Positions 11,637 to 24,800 of a DNA stretch of 64,000 nt are shown here, piece after piece (within the stretch, counting starts at the first letter, position 1; every line of letters begins with the position of its first letter). The stretch spans positions 12,772,001 through 12,836,000 of the forward strand of contig CATNEN010000038.1 in the NCBI GenBank assembly GCA_950097015.1, in the 5' to 3' direction. Below the pieces are notes generated by a model that worked only from the letters and a program-made list of their open reading frames with translations, searched no databases and was not told the DNA's origin. The position numbers and the translations under genes are program-made. Source of the stretch: Macrostomum hystrix (lineage: Eukaryota; Animalia; Platyhelminthes).

Positions 11637-12474
11637 GCAACTGATAAAATTCATGACCCCTGCTTATATAGCATACTTTTAAAATAATGCTTTGAAGTTA
11701 AATAGTGATTGCAACAATTTTTACCTTGTATTTTTCATGTATTTTTTTCTTTGCGTGAAATCTACAAAATAATCACATGTGTACTCTATTACTCAGAGCA
11801 AAGCCTATTGGAAATTGGAAAATGTTCCTAAAAGTTTAATCGGTTGACTAAAAAAATTAAATATGCGCCATCAAGATTTAACTAGCTTTTAAAGGAATGA
11901 CTACATATTACCTTATTGTATTAACTAACTTTTTATATACTAATGATTAACACTGTATGCTATGTAGAAACTAAACTGCAGAAACTTGCATTAGTATTTT
12001 GCATGATTGGGTACCATGTGTTTACCATGTATCATGTACCAGGTTAGCTAGCAAGGGATTGATTATTAATATGTCAGTTATTAATTTTAAGTAGTTACTA
12101 GAGACTAGAACATTGTCCTAAATGTTATAGAAAGCCATGTTTTTATTTAAAGAAAAAGTCAAATTTTGAAACTAAGTTTTGAAGCAATTTTGAATACTTT
12201 TAAAACAAAAACATGTTAACTTAAAGAGTCAAAGCAAATATTTTTAAATCCATATAATTCAATTAAGTATTATTATTAATTATTGTTTTGCAGCTCTAGC
12301 TATAAATTTGTGTATAAGTAAATGATGTATGTAAACAATACATAGCTAGTATGCTTTTGTCATTTGTAGTTTGTCATGCTTTGTCATACTGTTAGTTGAT
12401 ATTTTTTCCTGTAGCAGTTCACAGCTTGGTTTCAATGTAAATACCTCAGTTTCAGACAGTTTTTTGACAGAGAA

Positions 12475-13074
12475 ATGAAGCGCAAGCACCGTCACTCGGA
12501 CCAACAGTTAGAGCCTACCGACAGTGACTTTGAGGGGCCAGCCACTGTTCCAGAGGCTGACAATTGCTTTGAGTCTGTCAGCCGTGTCCTAACCTTGTCG
12601 CTGCGCCCCTGGCAACTCGGCGGTGACGCCGGCGCCCTCATTGCCGACCAGCTGCGCTCCCGCCTGCATCGTCACGTGCCCAGCCTTGGCGGCATTCTGC
12701 ACAGCGTCGAATCTCTTCGGCTGCTCCTAGCAACAGCCGACGCTGATGCTGGCAGGCATCGATTAGCCGCGCCTCTAGTGCCCTACGGACCCAGCCTAGT
12801 GCAGTGCCCAGTGCGGCTCCGGCTGTCCTGTCGCCTGTTCCGTCCGCGGCCCGGCCTCAGCTTGGCCTGCCGAGTGACCGCCGTCCTACCCGAGCTGCTC
12901 TCCTGCGTCTGTCACGGAGTCTATCAGGTGACGGTGGCCGTGCCGACTGCCACACCGGCGCTGGCTCCGGGCGATCGAGTGCTCGCTAAAATTGTCCGCG
13001 TTCGAACTCACAGCCGCCTTCAGGTCAGCGTAGAGGCTGAATTTCTGGCCATCCTTCCTAGCGGTGACGATTAG
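12475..13074 (+). CDS. POLR1F: RNA polymerase I subunit RPA43
   Basis: 199-aa single-exon ORF. LSLRP...LHRHVPSLGGIL (RPB7/RPA43 N-terminal domain) and LFRPRPGLSLACRV...CHGVYQV (OB fold). GC-rich like the other host exons. Confidence 0.78.
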   Translation: MKRKHRHSDQQLEPTDSDFEGPATVPEADNCFESVSRVLTLSLRPWQLGGDAGALIADQLRSRLHRHVPSLGGILHSVESLRLLLATADADAGRHRLAAPLVPYGPSLVQCPVRLRLSCRLFRPRPGLSLACRVTAVLPELLSCVCHGVYQVTVAVPTATPALAPGDRVLAKIVRVRTHSRLQVSVEAEFLAILPSGDD

Positions 13075-13196
13075 CGTATTGGAATCCGTGACATTCGGTT
13101 TTTGAAGTTCATTTTCATGCTTTGATTATAAAAGCTTAAAGCCTTGAGTCTTTTGTCTTGTGTTCCGGCCTAATCACCGCCTAAAATTTTTGATCA

Positions 13197-13592
13197 GATC
13201 CCAAACCTATAATTCAGGATTCGATCCCACACCTATAATCCAGGATTCGATCCCAAACCTATAACCCAGGATTCGATCCCACACCTATAATCCAGGATTC
13301 GATCTCACACCTTTAATCCAGAATTCGATCCCATACCTATAATCCAGGATTCTATCTCACACCTTTAATCCAGAATTCGATCCCACACCTATAATCCAGG
13401 ATTCGATCCCACACCAATAATCCAGGATTCGATCCCAAACCTATAATCCAGGATTCGATCCCAAACCTATAATCCAGGATTCGATCCCAAACCTATAATC
13501 CAGGATTCGATCCCAAACCTATAATCCAGGATTCGATCCAAAACCTATAATCCAGGATTCGATCCCAAACCTATAATCCAAGATTCGATCCC
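13197..13592. repeat. 26-bp minisatellite (GATCCCA[A/C]ACCTATAATCCAGGATTC), about 15 copies
   Basis: Direct tandem periodicity of 26. Confidence 0.95.
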
Positions 13593-13884
13593 TGTATTTT
13601 TCTAGAGTTCTCCTGTATTTTTTGTCCTTAATCTTTAATCCGCACTCGTATCCACAAACTTAACTTACTGTTTTTTTAAGCTTGTCGACCTTTGTACGCT
13701 CGTGTTTGGAACTTCGTATTAGCATTTTTGACCGAGTTCCAAATATCCAAGTCATTGTGAGTAACATAGGTTTCATTTTAATTGTACTACAGTTATTAGC
13801 TGATTAAAACAATATAAGTACGCGCTTTTCTTGTGAGACTTGACCAGCTGACTGCTTGGACTTCTTGGCTTGATTCTGCTTATT

Positions 13885-14190
13885 TTGCTGTTCTGTTTTT
13901 TCTCCCCCTTTTCCCTCGACCTTCATTCTCCCCCTCCTCTCCCCCTTCCCCTCCACCTCTCCCCTCCTATCTCACTCGACATGCCTTCCCCCTTCAGTCT
14001 CCCTTTCCATTCCTTCCACCTTCTATCACCCACCCCATTCCTTCTCCCCTTTAATCTCCCTCCCTATTCCCTCTCCTGTTCAATCTCGCTCCCTTTCCTT
14101 TATCCTAAATTCTCCCCCAATTCTTCTCCCCTTCATTCTCCCATTCACTAATTAGTATCCCCCTAAAATCTCCCCATTCCAATCCTTCGC
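13885..14190. repeat. Low-complexity polypyrimidine tract
   Basis: Almost pure C/T. Precedes a CAG acceptor at 14222-14224. Confidence 0.85.
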
Positions 14191-14248
14191 ATTGTAATTC
14201 ACATTGTAACTGCTGCCCTTGCAGTAACGGAAGAATCGCGGTGCAGCA

Positions 14249-16719
14249 ATGCTGTTGTTGACTTCTAGTAGCGGAGCCTTCGTCCTTGCCCTTCTAGTCC
14301 TGGTTTTTATTGATCACCCTAGCCAATCGCATGCGTCTCCGGCCAATAAGGCGGCGGCGGCTTCGGCTCAGAGTCTTAACATTAACGGCCAGCCAATCAG
14401 AATCGATCGCGTCTATTTCAGCCAGCAGCCGCTACGCATTTTCTGCTGGCCAGGCGTCGCTCCGGTTGTCGCCGACAACTATTGGCCAACAATGTCCGCC
14501 CTTCCATTCGCCTTTCATAGCGCCGTTTTCCGAGTCTCCACTGGTCGCATCTCGGCTAGTTTGCCAGCTCCTCGACTATTCCTCGGCGCTAACGCCAGCG
14601 ACGTTGTCGACCGTGTTGAAGCGGCCGAAGCCTCGCTGCTTCGCTGGCTCCTACTGCCTGCTGTCTTCGGCGACACCGGCAGCCATTGTTTCGAGCCGCT
14701 GGCGACTGCTCAACGCGCATATCTGGGACCAATGGCATTGCCGCTGCCGCTGCTGCAGCCGGCCTGCGTGGGAGTGCTGATTGATAAAAAACTGGAAAGC
14801 GAAGATGATGCAAATCTCAATGGTTGGTTCAATGTGGATGCTAAATCCTGGTGTTGTAAATTATGGGATTCCTTATCTTGGGATTCTAAATCCTGGAATT
14901 CTAAACCATGGGATTCTAAATCCTGGGATTCGACTCTAAATCTGGAATTCTAAACCCTGGAATTCGACTCTAAATCTGTGATTATATTCTAAATCCGGAA
15001 TTCTAAATCTGGGATTCTAAATCTTGATTGTTCCATCTTTGTTCATCCAACTTCAGCTGCTTACTTCGTGCGCGTCGATTTCGGCCTGAGCCTACTTCGC
15101 TTGGCCACGTTCGCTTTCGGCTGCTGCTTGCTGGCCTGGGCGCCCAACCTCAGTCGTCGGGCGACTTTTCGCTATACCGGCGGCGCACTGGCGGGCGTAC
15201 TTTTATCGGCCGCTTTGCTGGTGCTGCTGCTCAACCGCCTGCTGCCTTTGCGTCGCCTGCTGTGGCCACTGCTGGTGGCTAGTGCCGCAGGCGCCGGCGC
15301 AATCTGGACCTTCATCACCGCGCACGCGGCCCAGCTAGCCGAGCGGCATCGGACGGCTCTGGCTGCTTATGTGGGCGGCTCTGTCTGTCTCTCCCTGGCC
15401 GTCTGCTATTGGATGGGTCCGCTGACTAATCCGAGAACGTTTCGCCTATTAGAGATGGTGTTGCGGGCTGTGGCTCTGCTGTGCATGACTGCCGCATGTC
15501 AGGTGAGATGCTCATTTACTTAAATCCTCTCCTTTAACTATTCTCTGATCCCACTATTTAGTCCTTGGTAACAGAATTGCCCGCCTTCTCCAACTTTCGA
15601 CTCTGCCGCAGTTCTGGCAAGTTTCCGTCCTGACCGCCGCCGCTGTCCTCCTGCGTCCCTGGATAATCACTGTTGTCGTCGTTGCCACCTCCGTCGGCCC
15701 TCTGGCCGCGTCGTCTCCGTCTGGCCTTCGTCGTTCGCTATGGCAACGCCTGGAGCCGGCCTTCTGGCGCTGGTGTCCCCGCCGGCTGCGGCCGCTTCAC
15801 CGACGCCGCCGACTAACTCGGGCCGAATTCGCCAGGCAGGGTCGGCGGTGCACCGAGGATGCCCTGGCCGAGCTGCGGCGACACTGCGCCAGCCCCGACT
15901 GCGACGCCTGGCGGGTCAGCGCCCGGCTCAGAAACCCGGCTGAGTTTGCCCAGTTTGTGCAGGTGCGACTTCTAGTGCATTCGGCTAATAGTACATTTGT
16001 TATTATTGTTTGCTGTTTGTGTACCCAGTAAGATTGATTTGATATAACAGATAGCAGACTGCCGCATGTGAGACAGGAATAAGAGATAGACTACCACAGG
16101 TAAAACACGGATAGAATTTCGACAGCAACAGGTATAACAAGTAGACTGCAACAGGTGAGACAGGTATAATAGGTAGACTGCAACAGGTGAGACAGGTATA
16201 ACAGGTAGACTGCAACAGGTGAGACAGGTATAACAGGTAGAATGCAACAGGCATGACAGGTAGAATGCAACAGGTGAGACAGGTATGACAGGTAGAATGC
16301 AACAGGTGAGACAGGTATAACAGGTAGACTGCAACAGGTGAGACAGGTATAACAGGTAGACTGCAACAGGTGAGACAGAAGCACTGAAATCGTTCTCCCG
16401 TCCCGCACTCCAGGGCGGGAGTCACCTGCAATCTCTGCTGGATTCGGCCGACTTATCGTCAGACAGCGATCAAGACAGCGAGGCGAGGGCGGTTGCTAAG
16501 GGCACTCCGAGCAAAGCCCAGGTGCAGAGGCGCTCCCTGGCAACCCCATCAGGCGACCTTCGCACCCCAGTTGCTAATGGCAACGGCCGTGTGAATTCTG
16601 CGGTTTTTAGAAGTGTCGGCAGTCGAACATCATCAACAGTGCTGTTGCCTAGGGAAGCGCCGTCTATTGACGATTCTGACAGCTCATTATCGGCTTCTGA
16701 TGCCTCGCTAACCGATTAG
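14249..16719 (+). CDS. NEMP: Nuclear envelope integral membrane protein (NEMP/TMEM194), 4 exons, about 558 aa
   Basis: Exons 14249-14822, 15057-15502, 15612-15962 and 16414-16719, with consistent phases. Signal peptide, several TM helices, CYWMGP, and LTRAEFARQG...TEDALAELRRHCASPDCDAWRVSARLRNPAEFAQFVQGGSHL. Confidence 0.88.
16050..16378. repeat. About 32-bp minisatellite (CAACAGGTGAGACAGGTATAACAGGTAGACTG) in NEMP intron 3
   Basis: Tandem periodicity. It explains the spurious repetitive ORFs here. Confidence 0.9.
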
Positions 16720-17257
16720 AATTGGGAATTGCTTACTAATTGGGATTTACTGCAATTTTTTAATCGGTGCCATAATTGGCGCATTTAAAAATCAAATCAT
16801 GATCATTCTATGTCGTAAATTATTTTTTGTCGCACTGTTATACATTTTCAATTTTCTAAAAGCATAAATAAAAATGTAATATTTATGCTTATGGTGTTAT
16901 TTTAGTAATATGCTACTCATTTAATTATATTTTGTTAATTATCAATTTAATAACTACTCGCACTTCACTAAAATCTGAGCAATATTCGTATTTTTGCGAA
17001 CGTCTACAATTGTAAATATGCGATGTGCAGTCATGTTTAACAAGCATTTATAGCATGCGCTAACTTGTGCATTTGTCTGAGATTGTAGAGAACGAACTGA
17101 ATTTTTTAAGTCTTAATAGCAGTTAGGAGTGCAGCTCAGTGACATCAGCGTCAAATACAATGTCGATTATTTATTTTTCTATTATCACTTTCCTGCTTAA
17201 CTTATTTTATTCTCCATCACACAAAGCATTGCGATTTCTAGACTTCGTAATTTGTAC

Positions 17258-20200
17258 TTCATCTCTCCCATGTGTCTTTAACTCTCCCTTGTGTCCTTAT
17301 CTCTCCCTTGTGTCCTTATCTCTCCCTTGTGTCCTTATCTCTCCCTTGTGTCCTTATCTCTCCCTTGTGTCCTTATCTCTCCCTTGTGTCCTTATCTCTC
17401 CCTTGCGCCTTCATCTCTCCCGTGTGTCTTCATCTCTCCCCGTGTCTTTAACTCTCCCTTGTGTCCTTATCTCTCCCTTCTGTCCTTATCTCTCCCTTGT
17501 GTCCTTATCTCTCCCGTGTGTCTTCATCTCTCCCCGTGTCTTTAACTCTTCCTTGTGTCTTTAACTCTCCCTGTGTCTTTAACTCTCCCTGTGTCTTTAA
17601 CTCTCCCTTATGTCTTTAACTCTCCCTTATGTCTTTAACTCTCCCTTGTGTCCTTATCTCTCCCGTGTGTCTTCATCTCTCCCCGTGTCTTTAACTCTCC
17701 CTTGTGTCCTTATCTCTCCCGTGTGTCTTCATCTCTCCCCGTGTCTTTAACTCTTCCTTGTGTCTTTAACTCTTCCTTGTGTCTTTAACTCTCCCTGTGT
17801 CTTTAACTCTTCCTTGTGTCTTTAACTCTCCCTGTGTCTTCATCTCTCCCTGTGTCTTCATCTCTCCCGTGTCTTTAACTCTCCCTTGTCTTTAACTCTC
17901 CCTTGTCTTTAACTCTCCCTTGTGTCCTTATCTCTCCCTGTGTCTTCATCTCTCCCGTGTCTTTAACTCTCCCTTGTCTTTAACTCTCCCTTGTGTCCTT
18001 ATCTCTCCCTTCTGTCCTTATCTCTCCCTTCTGTCCTTATCTCTCCCTTGTGTCCTTATCTCTCCCTTCTGTCCTTATCTCTCCCTTGTGTCCTTATCTC
18101 TCCCTTCTGTCCTTATCTCTCCCTTGTGTCCTTATCTCTCCCTTCTGTCCTTATCTCTCCCTTGTGTCCTTATCTCTCCCTTCTGTCCTTATCTCTCCCG
18201 TGTGTCTTCATCTCTCCCCGTGTCTTTAACTCTTCCTTGTGTCTTTAACTCTCCCTGTGTCTTTAACTCTCCCGTGTCTTTAACTCTCCCTGTGTCTTTA
18301 ACTCTTCCTTGTGTCTTTAACTCTCCCTGTGTCTTTAACTCTCCCTGTGTCTTTAACTCTTCCTTGTGTCTTTAACTCTCCCTGTGTCTTCATCTCTCCC
18401 TGTGTCTTCATCTCTCCCGTGTCTTTAACTCTCCCTTGTCTTTAACTCTCCCTTGTGTCCTTATCTCTCCCTTCTGTCCTTATCTCTCCCTTGTGTCCTT
18501 ATCTCTCCCTTCTGTCCTTATCTCTCCCTTGTGTCCTTATCTCTCCCTTCTGTCCTTATCTCTCCCGTGTGTCTTCATCTCTCCCCGTGTCTTTAACTCT
18601 TCCTTGTGTCTTTAACTCTCCCTGTGTCTTTAACTCTTCCTTGTGTCTTTAACTCTCCCTGTGTCTTTAACTCTCCCTGTGTCTTTAACTCTCCCTGTGT
18701 CTTTAACTCTTCCTTGTGTCTTTAACTCTCCCTGTGTCTTCATCTCTCCCTGTGTCTTCATCTCTCCCGTGTCTTTAACTCTCCCTTGTCTTTAACTCTC
18801 CCTTGTCTTTATCTCTCCCTTGTGTCCTTATCTCTCCCTTCTGTCCTTATCTCTCCCTTGTGTCCTTATCTCTCCCTTCTGTCCTTATCTCTCCCTTGTG
18901 TCCTTATCTCTCCCTTCTGTCCTTATCTCTCCCCTGTGTCTTCATCTCTCCCATGTGTCTTCATCTCTCCCTTTTGTCTTCATCTCTCCCTTTTGTCTTC
19001 ATCTCTCCCTTTTGTCTTCATCTCTCCCATGTGTCTTCATCTCTCCCATGTGTCTTCATCTCTCCCGTGTGTCTTCATCTCTCCCATGTGTCTTCATCTC
19101 TCCCTTTTGTCTTCATCTCTCCCTTTTGTCTTCATCTCTCCCTGTGTCTTCATCTCTCCCATGTGTCTTCATCTCTCCCATGTGTCTTCATCTCTCCCTG
19201 TGTCTTCATCTCTCCCATGTGTCTTCATCTCTCCCATGTGTCTTCATCTCTCCCATGTGTCTTTAACTCTCCCTGTGTCTTCATCTCTCCCATGTGTCTT
19301 CATCTCTCCCTTTTGTCTTCATCTCTCCCTTTTGTCTTCATCTCTCCCTTTTGTCTTCATCTCTCCCTGTGTCTTCATCTCTCCCATGTGTCTTCATCTC
19401 TCCCATGTGTCTTCATCTCTCCCATTTGTCTTCATCTCTCCCTGTGTCTTCATCTCTTCCATGTGTCTTCATCTCTCCCATGTGTCTTCATCTCTCCCTT
19501 TTGTCTTCATCTCTCCCTGTGTCTTCATCTCTCCCATGTGTCTTTAACTCTCCCTGTGTCTTCATCTCTCCCTTTTGTCTTCATCTCTCCCTTTTGTCTT
19601 CATCTCTCCCTTTTGTCTTCATCTCTCCCATGTGTCTTCATCTCTCCCATGTGTCTTCATCTCTCCCTTTTGTCTTCATCTCTCCCTTTTGTCTTCATCT
19701 CTCCCTTTTGTCTTCATCTCTCCCATGTGTCTTCATCTCTCCCATGTGTCTTCATCTCTCCCGTGTGTCTTCATCTCTCCCATGTGTCTTCATCTCTCCC
19801 TTTTGTCTTCATCTCTCCCTTTTGTCTTCATCTCTCCCTGTGTCTTCATCTCTCCCATGTGTCTTCATCTCTCCCATGTGTCTTCATCTCTCCCTGTGTC
19901 TTCATCTCTCCCATGTGTCTTCATCTCTCCCATGTGTCTTCATCTCTCCCTTTTGTCTTCATCTCTACCTTTTGTCTTCATCTCTCCCTGTGTCTTTAAC
20001 TCTCCCTGTGTCTTCATCTCTCCCGTGTGTCATCATCTCTCCCATGTGTCTTTAACTCTCCCTGTGTCTTCATCTCTCCCGTGTCTTTAACTCTCCCTGT
20101 GTGTCTTTAACTCTTCCTTGTGTCTTCATCTCTCCCTGTGTCTTTAACTCTCCCTTGTGTCCTTATCTCTCCCTTGCGCCTTCATTTCTCCCTTTTGTCT

Positions 20201-20735
20201 TCATCTCTCCCTTTTGTCTTCATCTCTCCCTTTTGTCTTCATCTCTCCCTTTTGTCTTCATCTCTCCCGTGTCTTTAACTCTCCCATGTGTCTTTAACTC
20301 TCCCATGTGTCTTTAACTCTCCCTTATGTCTCTAACTCTCCCTGTGTCTTTAACTCTTCCTTGTGTCTTTAACTCTCCCTGTGTCTCTAACTCTCCCGTG
20401 TGTCTTAAACTCTCCCTGTGTCTTCATCTCTCCCTTGTGTCTTTAACTCTCCCTGTGTCTTCATCTCTCCCTTGTGTCTTTAACTCTCCCTTGTCTTTAA
20501 CTCTCCCTTGTGTCTTTAACTCTCCCAATGTGTCTTCATCTCTCCCTTGTGTCTTTAACTCTCCCTGTGTCTTCATCTCTCCCTTGTGTCTTTAACTCTC
20601 CCTGTGTCTTCATCTCTCCCTTGTGTCTTTAACTCTCCCTTGTCTTTAACTCTCCCCTGTGTCTTCATCGGTCCCTTGTGTCTTCATATCCGACCCTGCC
20701 TTTTCCCTCTGCCTGTCTTCACATCTCCCCCTGTC
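17258..20735. repeat. 3.5-kb pyrimidine-rich satellite of 17-19-bp units (TGTGTC[CTTAT/TTTAA/TTCAT]CTCTCCC)
   Basis: Continuous tandem array made of blocks of three unit variants. Confidence 0.97.
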
Positions 20736-21884
20736 TGTCTCTTTCTACAATCTTGGGTTAATCCAAGTCCTTCAAGGGGCTTAAGAAAAAGAATCGCAAC
20801 ACATTGAATACAGTTTAAATATTTTTAATACCTTTTTAGCTGAATATTTCTAGAGGAAAATCACAAAATAATCTGTAAACTGCTTGTTTAAATAGCTCGC
20901 GTGTGACAGAGTATTGCCGGAGATATGATTTGGTGGGTGTCTTTAGCGCAGGTGTACAATAAAGTGGTTAATACTAAAAAAGCGCATTAACAGTTGTCGC
21001 TAATAATATCGAGTCACAACAGCTAGAGTTAAAACTCAGCATCATTATTATTTTGTCTAATTTGATTTAAAAAAGTTGCCAAAAACTACGACAGATAATG
21101 CATTTTGACTAGACAAGCTCTTTCAATACAACAACAAATCTATAAAATATTTGCAACGATGCACGAGTAAAACTGTTTAAAATGTCTTGTCATATGCTGC
21201 ATCACAATTAAAGGGACATTGCAATTAAGAAAGCTTTAGCATAAAAACATATCCACTCTAGTTGGTCATATTGTGTATATGCGTATCAGTACAGTGGCAC
21301 AGACGCTGCTACTATTTCATGTAGTCTTAAGGCTGTGTACAGAGGTTTAGTCCATGGACTCAAGGAACTGACAGCGGTTGGAAGTCCTAAGCTCGAACCC
21401 ATGATTTACAAGTTTGAAACCGTTCATTTGGAATACCTTGGAATATCCAAAATAACTAAAAATTTAAGTACGTACTCCAGGCCGCCTAAAGGAACTGCTA
21501 TCTTAATTCTGCGAATCAAATCATTTAAAAAAATCTCTTTAAACACTCAACAGATACAATTGAAATTTGTTACGTCAACTAAAAAATCGATTGATTTCAA
21601 ATATAAAAATAAATACACGTTTAAGATATTTTATGACACGCGGGCCAGAGTTGAAGGAAATCTACAAATAAAAAAAGCTATTGTGAGTAAAAAAGCTGCT
21701 ATTTAAAGACAGCTAGAGAGGAGAGGCTGGGACTGGTAAAACTGGTGGAGACAGAATTTCATAATAAATAATCAAATAGAAACAGCTAGAAACAATGAGG
21801 TCGGTAGGCTTAAAGAGGTCCCCTATTTAAACCTTCAGGAGCACGCAACCAGGCGGGTGGTACAAGCCAGTGTCTTCATCCTTA

Positions 21885-24800
21885 CTACACAGCAGTCTCC
21901 CTGAACACGCAGATGGTGGTGCCGTCGCGGCGAACGTGGGCGTAGACGGCCCCGTTCCTCTCGGTAAGCTTCACTTGGACGCCGGGCTGGTCCATCAGCC
22001 GGCTGAGCAGCGGTGGTCCCGGCAGGTCGGCTGGGTCCAGGCAGCACCCGGTCGCGTCCTCTGCAGACAGAAGTAGGGGGCGCAAGGACTGTATGACCTG
22101 CGTACGTCCGATACTTTGAGTGGGAGCTGTTTTTTGCACCGTTCTTTGTCGATAAAGTAGTGGTACTGCTGTCTTCCCCCACCTGCTCACTCTCTGACCA
22201 CCTCTTCACTCTGCCCATCTGCTCTCTCTGCCCACCTCTTCACTCTGCCCATCTGCTCTCTCTGCCCATCTGCTCTCTCTCCCCACCTCTTCACTCTGCC
22301 CATCTGCTCTCTCTGCCCACCTCTTCACTCTGCCCATCTGCTCTCTCTGCCCATCTGCTCACTCTCTGCCCACTGCTCTCTCTGCCCATCTGCTCTCTCT
22401 GCCCACCTCTTCACTCTGCCCACCTCTTCACTCTGCCCATCTGCTCTCTCTGCCCACCTCTTCACTCTGCCCATCTGCTCTCTCTGCCCATCTGCTCTCT
22501 CTGCCCACCTCTTCACTCTGCCCATCTGCTCTCTCTGCCCATCTGCTCACTCTCTGCCCACTGCTCTCTCTGCCCATCTGCTCTCTCTGCCCACCTCTTC
22601 ACTCTGCCCACCAGCTCACTCTCTGCGCACCAGCTCACTCTCTGCCCAACTGCTCACTCTGCGCACCAGCTCACTCTCTGCCCAACTGCTCACTCTCTGC
22701 GCACCAGCTCACTCTCTGCGCACCAGCTCACTCTCTGCCCAACTGCTCACTCTCTGCTCACCTGCTCACTCCCCATTGTATAAAAAGCAGCAGTCAAGTT
22801 CATGGCATTTTAGGAGAAGAAAACTGAGTAACCCAATACAAATATTCTGACTAAAGAGTTCAAGAACTGAAGCAACTTCCAGCAGCACTAGAATATTAAA
22901 GAGAGTCTGCTTTTGGTACCAAAGGAATATGCCTAATTTTATTAGGTCAGCTTCAGCTCGTGCATTTTATCGACGAGCAGTTTTCTAGTCAGTAAACGTC
23001 AAAAACAATTCCAGGAGTTACCTGATTGTATTCTACTGTAGGTTAGTATTCGCAGGAATTGTTCAGCTACAAGTTGCAAGTTTGGATCTGTCTTTAGTTT
23101 TAATTTCATTATATACTAAATCTGCCCCTAATAAATTTATGCCTCATCTAGCGGCAATCTTGACCAAATGAAATGCTTGATTCTATGCGGCATTGGTGAT
23201 TATTTTCAGAAGTGAAGCTTCCATTGTGTACAATTTAAAATGCAAAGTCAATTATAAGACAATTATTGTCAAAGAATGCTTTTAGCACAAAGAGGTGCGC
23301 TGAAAACAAAGTGGTTTTAGGTGATTTGCGATTTCTCAGCTCAAATTCTATATTTAGAACCGAACGTTACAATAATTTGTTTAAATTAGCTTGAGATAGG
23401 CGAGTAACAATTTAGTCAAGAACACTCAAATACACAAAAATTGCTGATGCACGAGCCCAGGGCAACTAAAACGGAGTCAAACATACCCAACGCGCACTCA
23501 CAGCAATAATCATTGATACTGCTGCTACCTTTGAGAACGACTCAGAAAACATTATGACATTTATGACATAAGTGACTGAGAAGGAGAAACAGACTACAAG
23601 GAGCCAGAGGATGAGAAGAAGTCACAGAGGATGAGTAGGAGTGACAGAGGATGAGTAGGAGTGACAGAGGATGAGTAGGAGTGACAGAGGATGAGTAGGA
23701 GTGACAGAGGATGAGTAGGAGTGACAGAGGATGAGTAGGAGTGACAGAGGATGAGTAGGAGTGACAGAGGATGAGTAGGAGTGACAGAGGATGAGTAGGA
23801 GTCACAGAGGATGAGTAGGAGTGACAGAGGATGAGTAGGAGTGACAGAGGATGAGTAGGAGTGACAGAGGATGAGTAGGAGTGACAGAGGATGAGTAGGA
23901 GTGACAGAGGATGAGTAGGAGTGACAGACAGAAGATGAGATGGAGTGACAGAGTATTGGAGGCAGTGACTGAACTGCAATTTTTAAGGCAGCTAGTCTGA
24001 AACCAAAGAAAAGACACATTAAAGTAATAAAAAAATCATTCATAATTTCCTAGGGTCAATCATACATGTTAGGATTATACAACTGATTCCTATTGTTAGA
24101 AAATCTCTAAAGTACTTCATTGCGTCATGTAACTTAAAAAACTGGTAATAAAGAATGTGACACTCTACTTACAGTAGATCAGATGTTTAGCGAAAAATAA
24201 AAAGATCAATACTTGCTAATAAAAACAAAACCAATTTTGAAATGGTTGCGCAGCCTAATTATTCCCGAGCTGCAGGGAACAAACCTAGGCGGAGTCAGAG
24301 TTCATTGCGACTGCCTGAAACAGAGGTTTGAGCATTGTGTCACCTATTTTTTTAGAAAACTTAATACGAGCTATGCGATTTCTAATTAGTATGAAACAGA
24401 ACAGACAACAAAAATGTGCTATGGATTAAAATATGACGCAAACAAATTGCTTTTGCCTAGCAAAAAAATCAAAGTGGAATAGTTTATGATTCATGCAGTT
24501 AAGATTAAAGTTTATTTATTAATTATCTATAACTAGATCTGTTTCATCATCTAAATCTGTCCATAATAGCTCGTAGTAAAGCGTTGATATCAAATTTAAT
24601 TGAATAAAAACCCGATAAGAAATATTAAACTTAAAAAATTATAATTATCTAATCTCATCTATTCAAATCGAGATAATCAAAGCTATTAAAATCTACCAAA
24701 TCTAATCTATTGAAATCTACCAAATCTAATCTATTGAAATCTACCAAATCTAATATATTGAAATCTACCAAATCTAATCGATTGAAATCTACCAAATCTA

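Noticed and set aside
13197-13592. CRISPR-like appearance of the regular repeats here and elsewhere
   Set aside because: Units are directly adjacent with no unique spacers, there are no cas genes, and the context is eukaryotic.
17139-20807. Many long ORFs (up to 398 aa) of SLPCVFISP-type repeats
   Set aside because: They are translations of a stop-poor satellite, open in several frames, with no coding signature.
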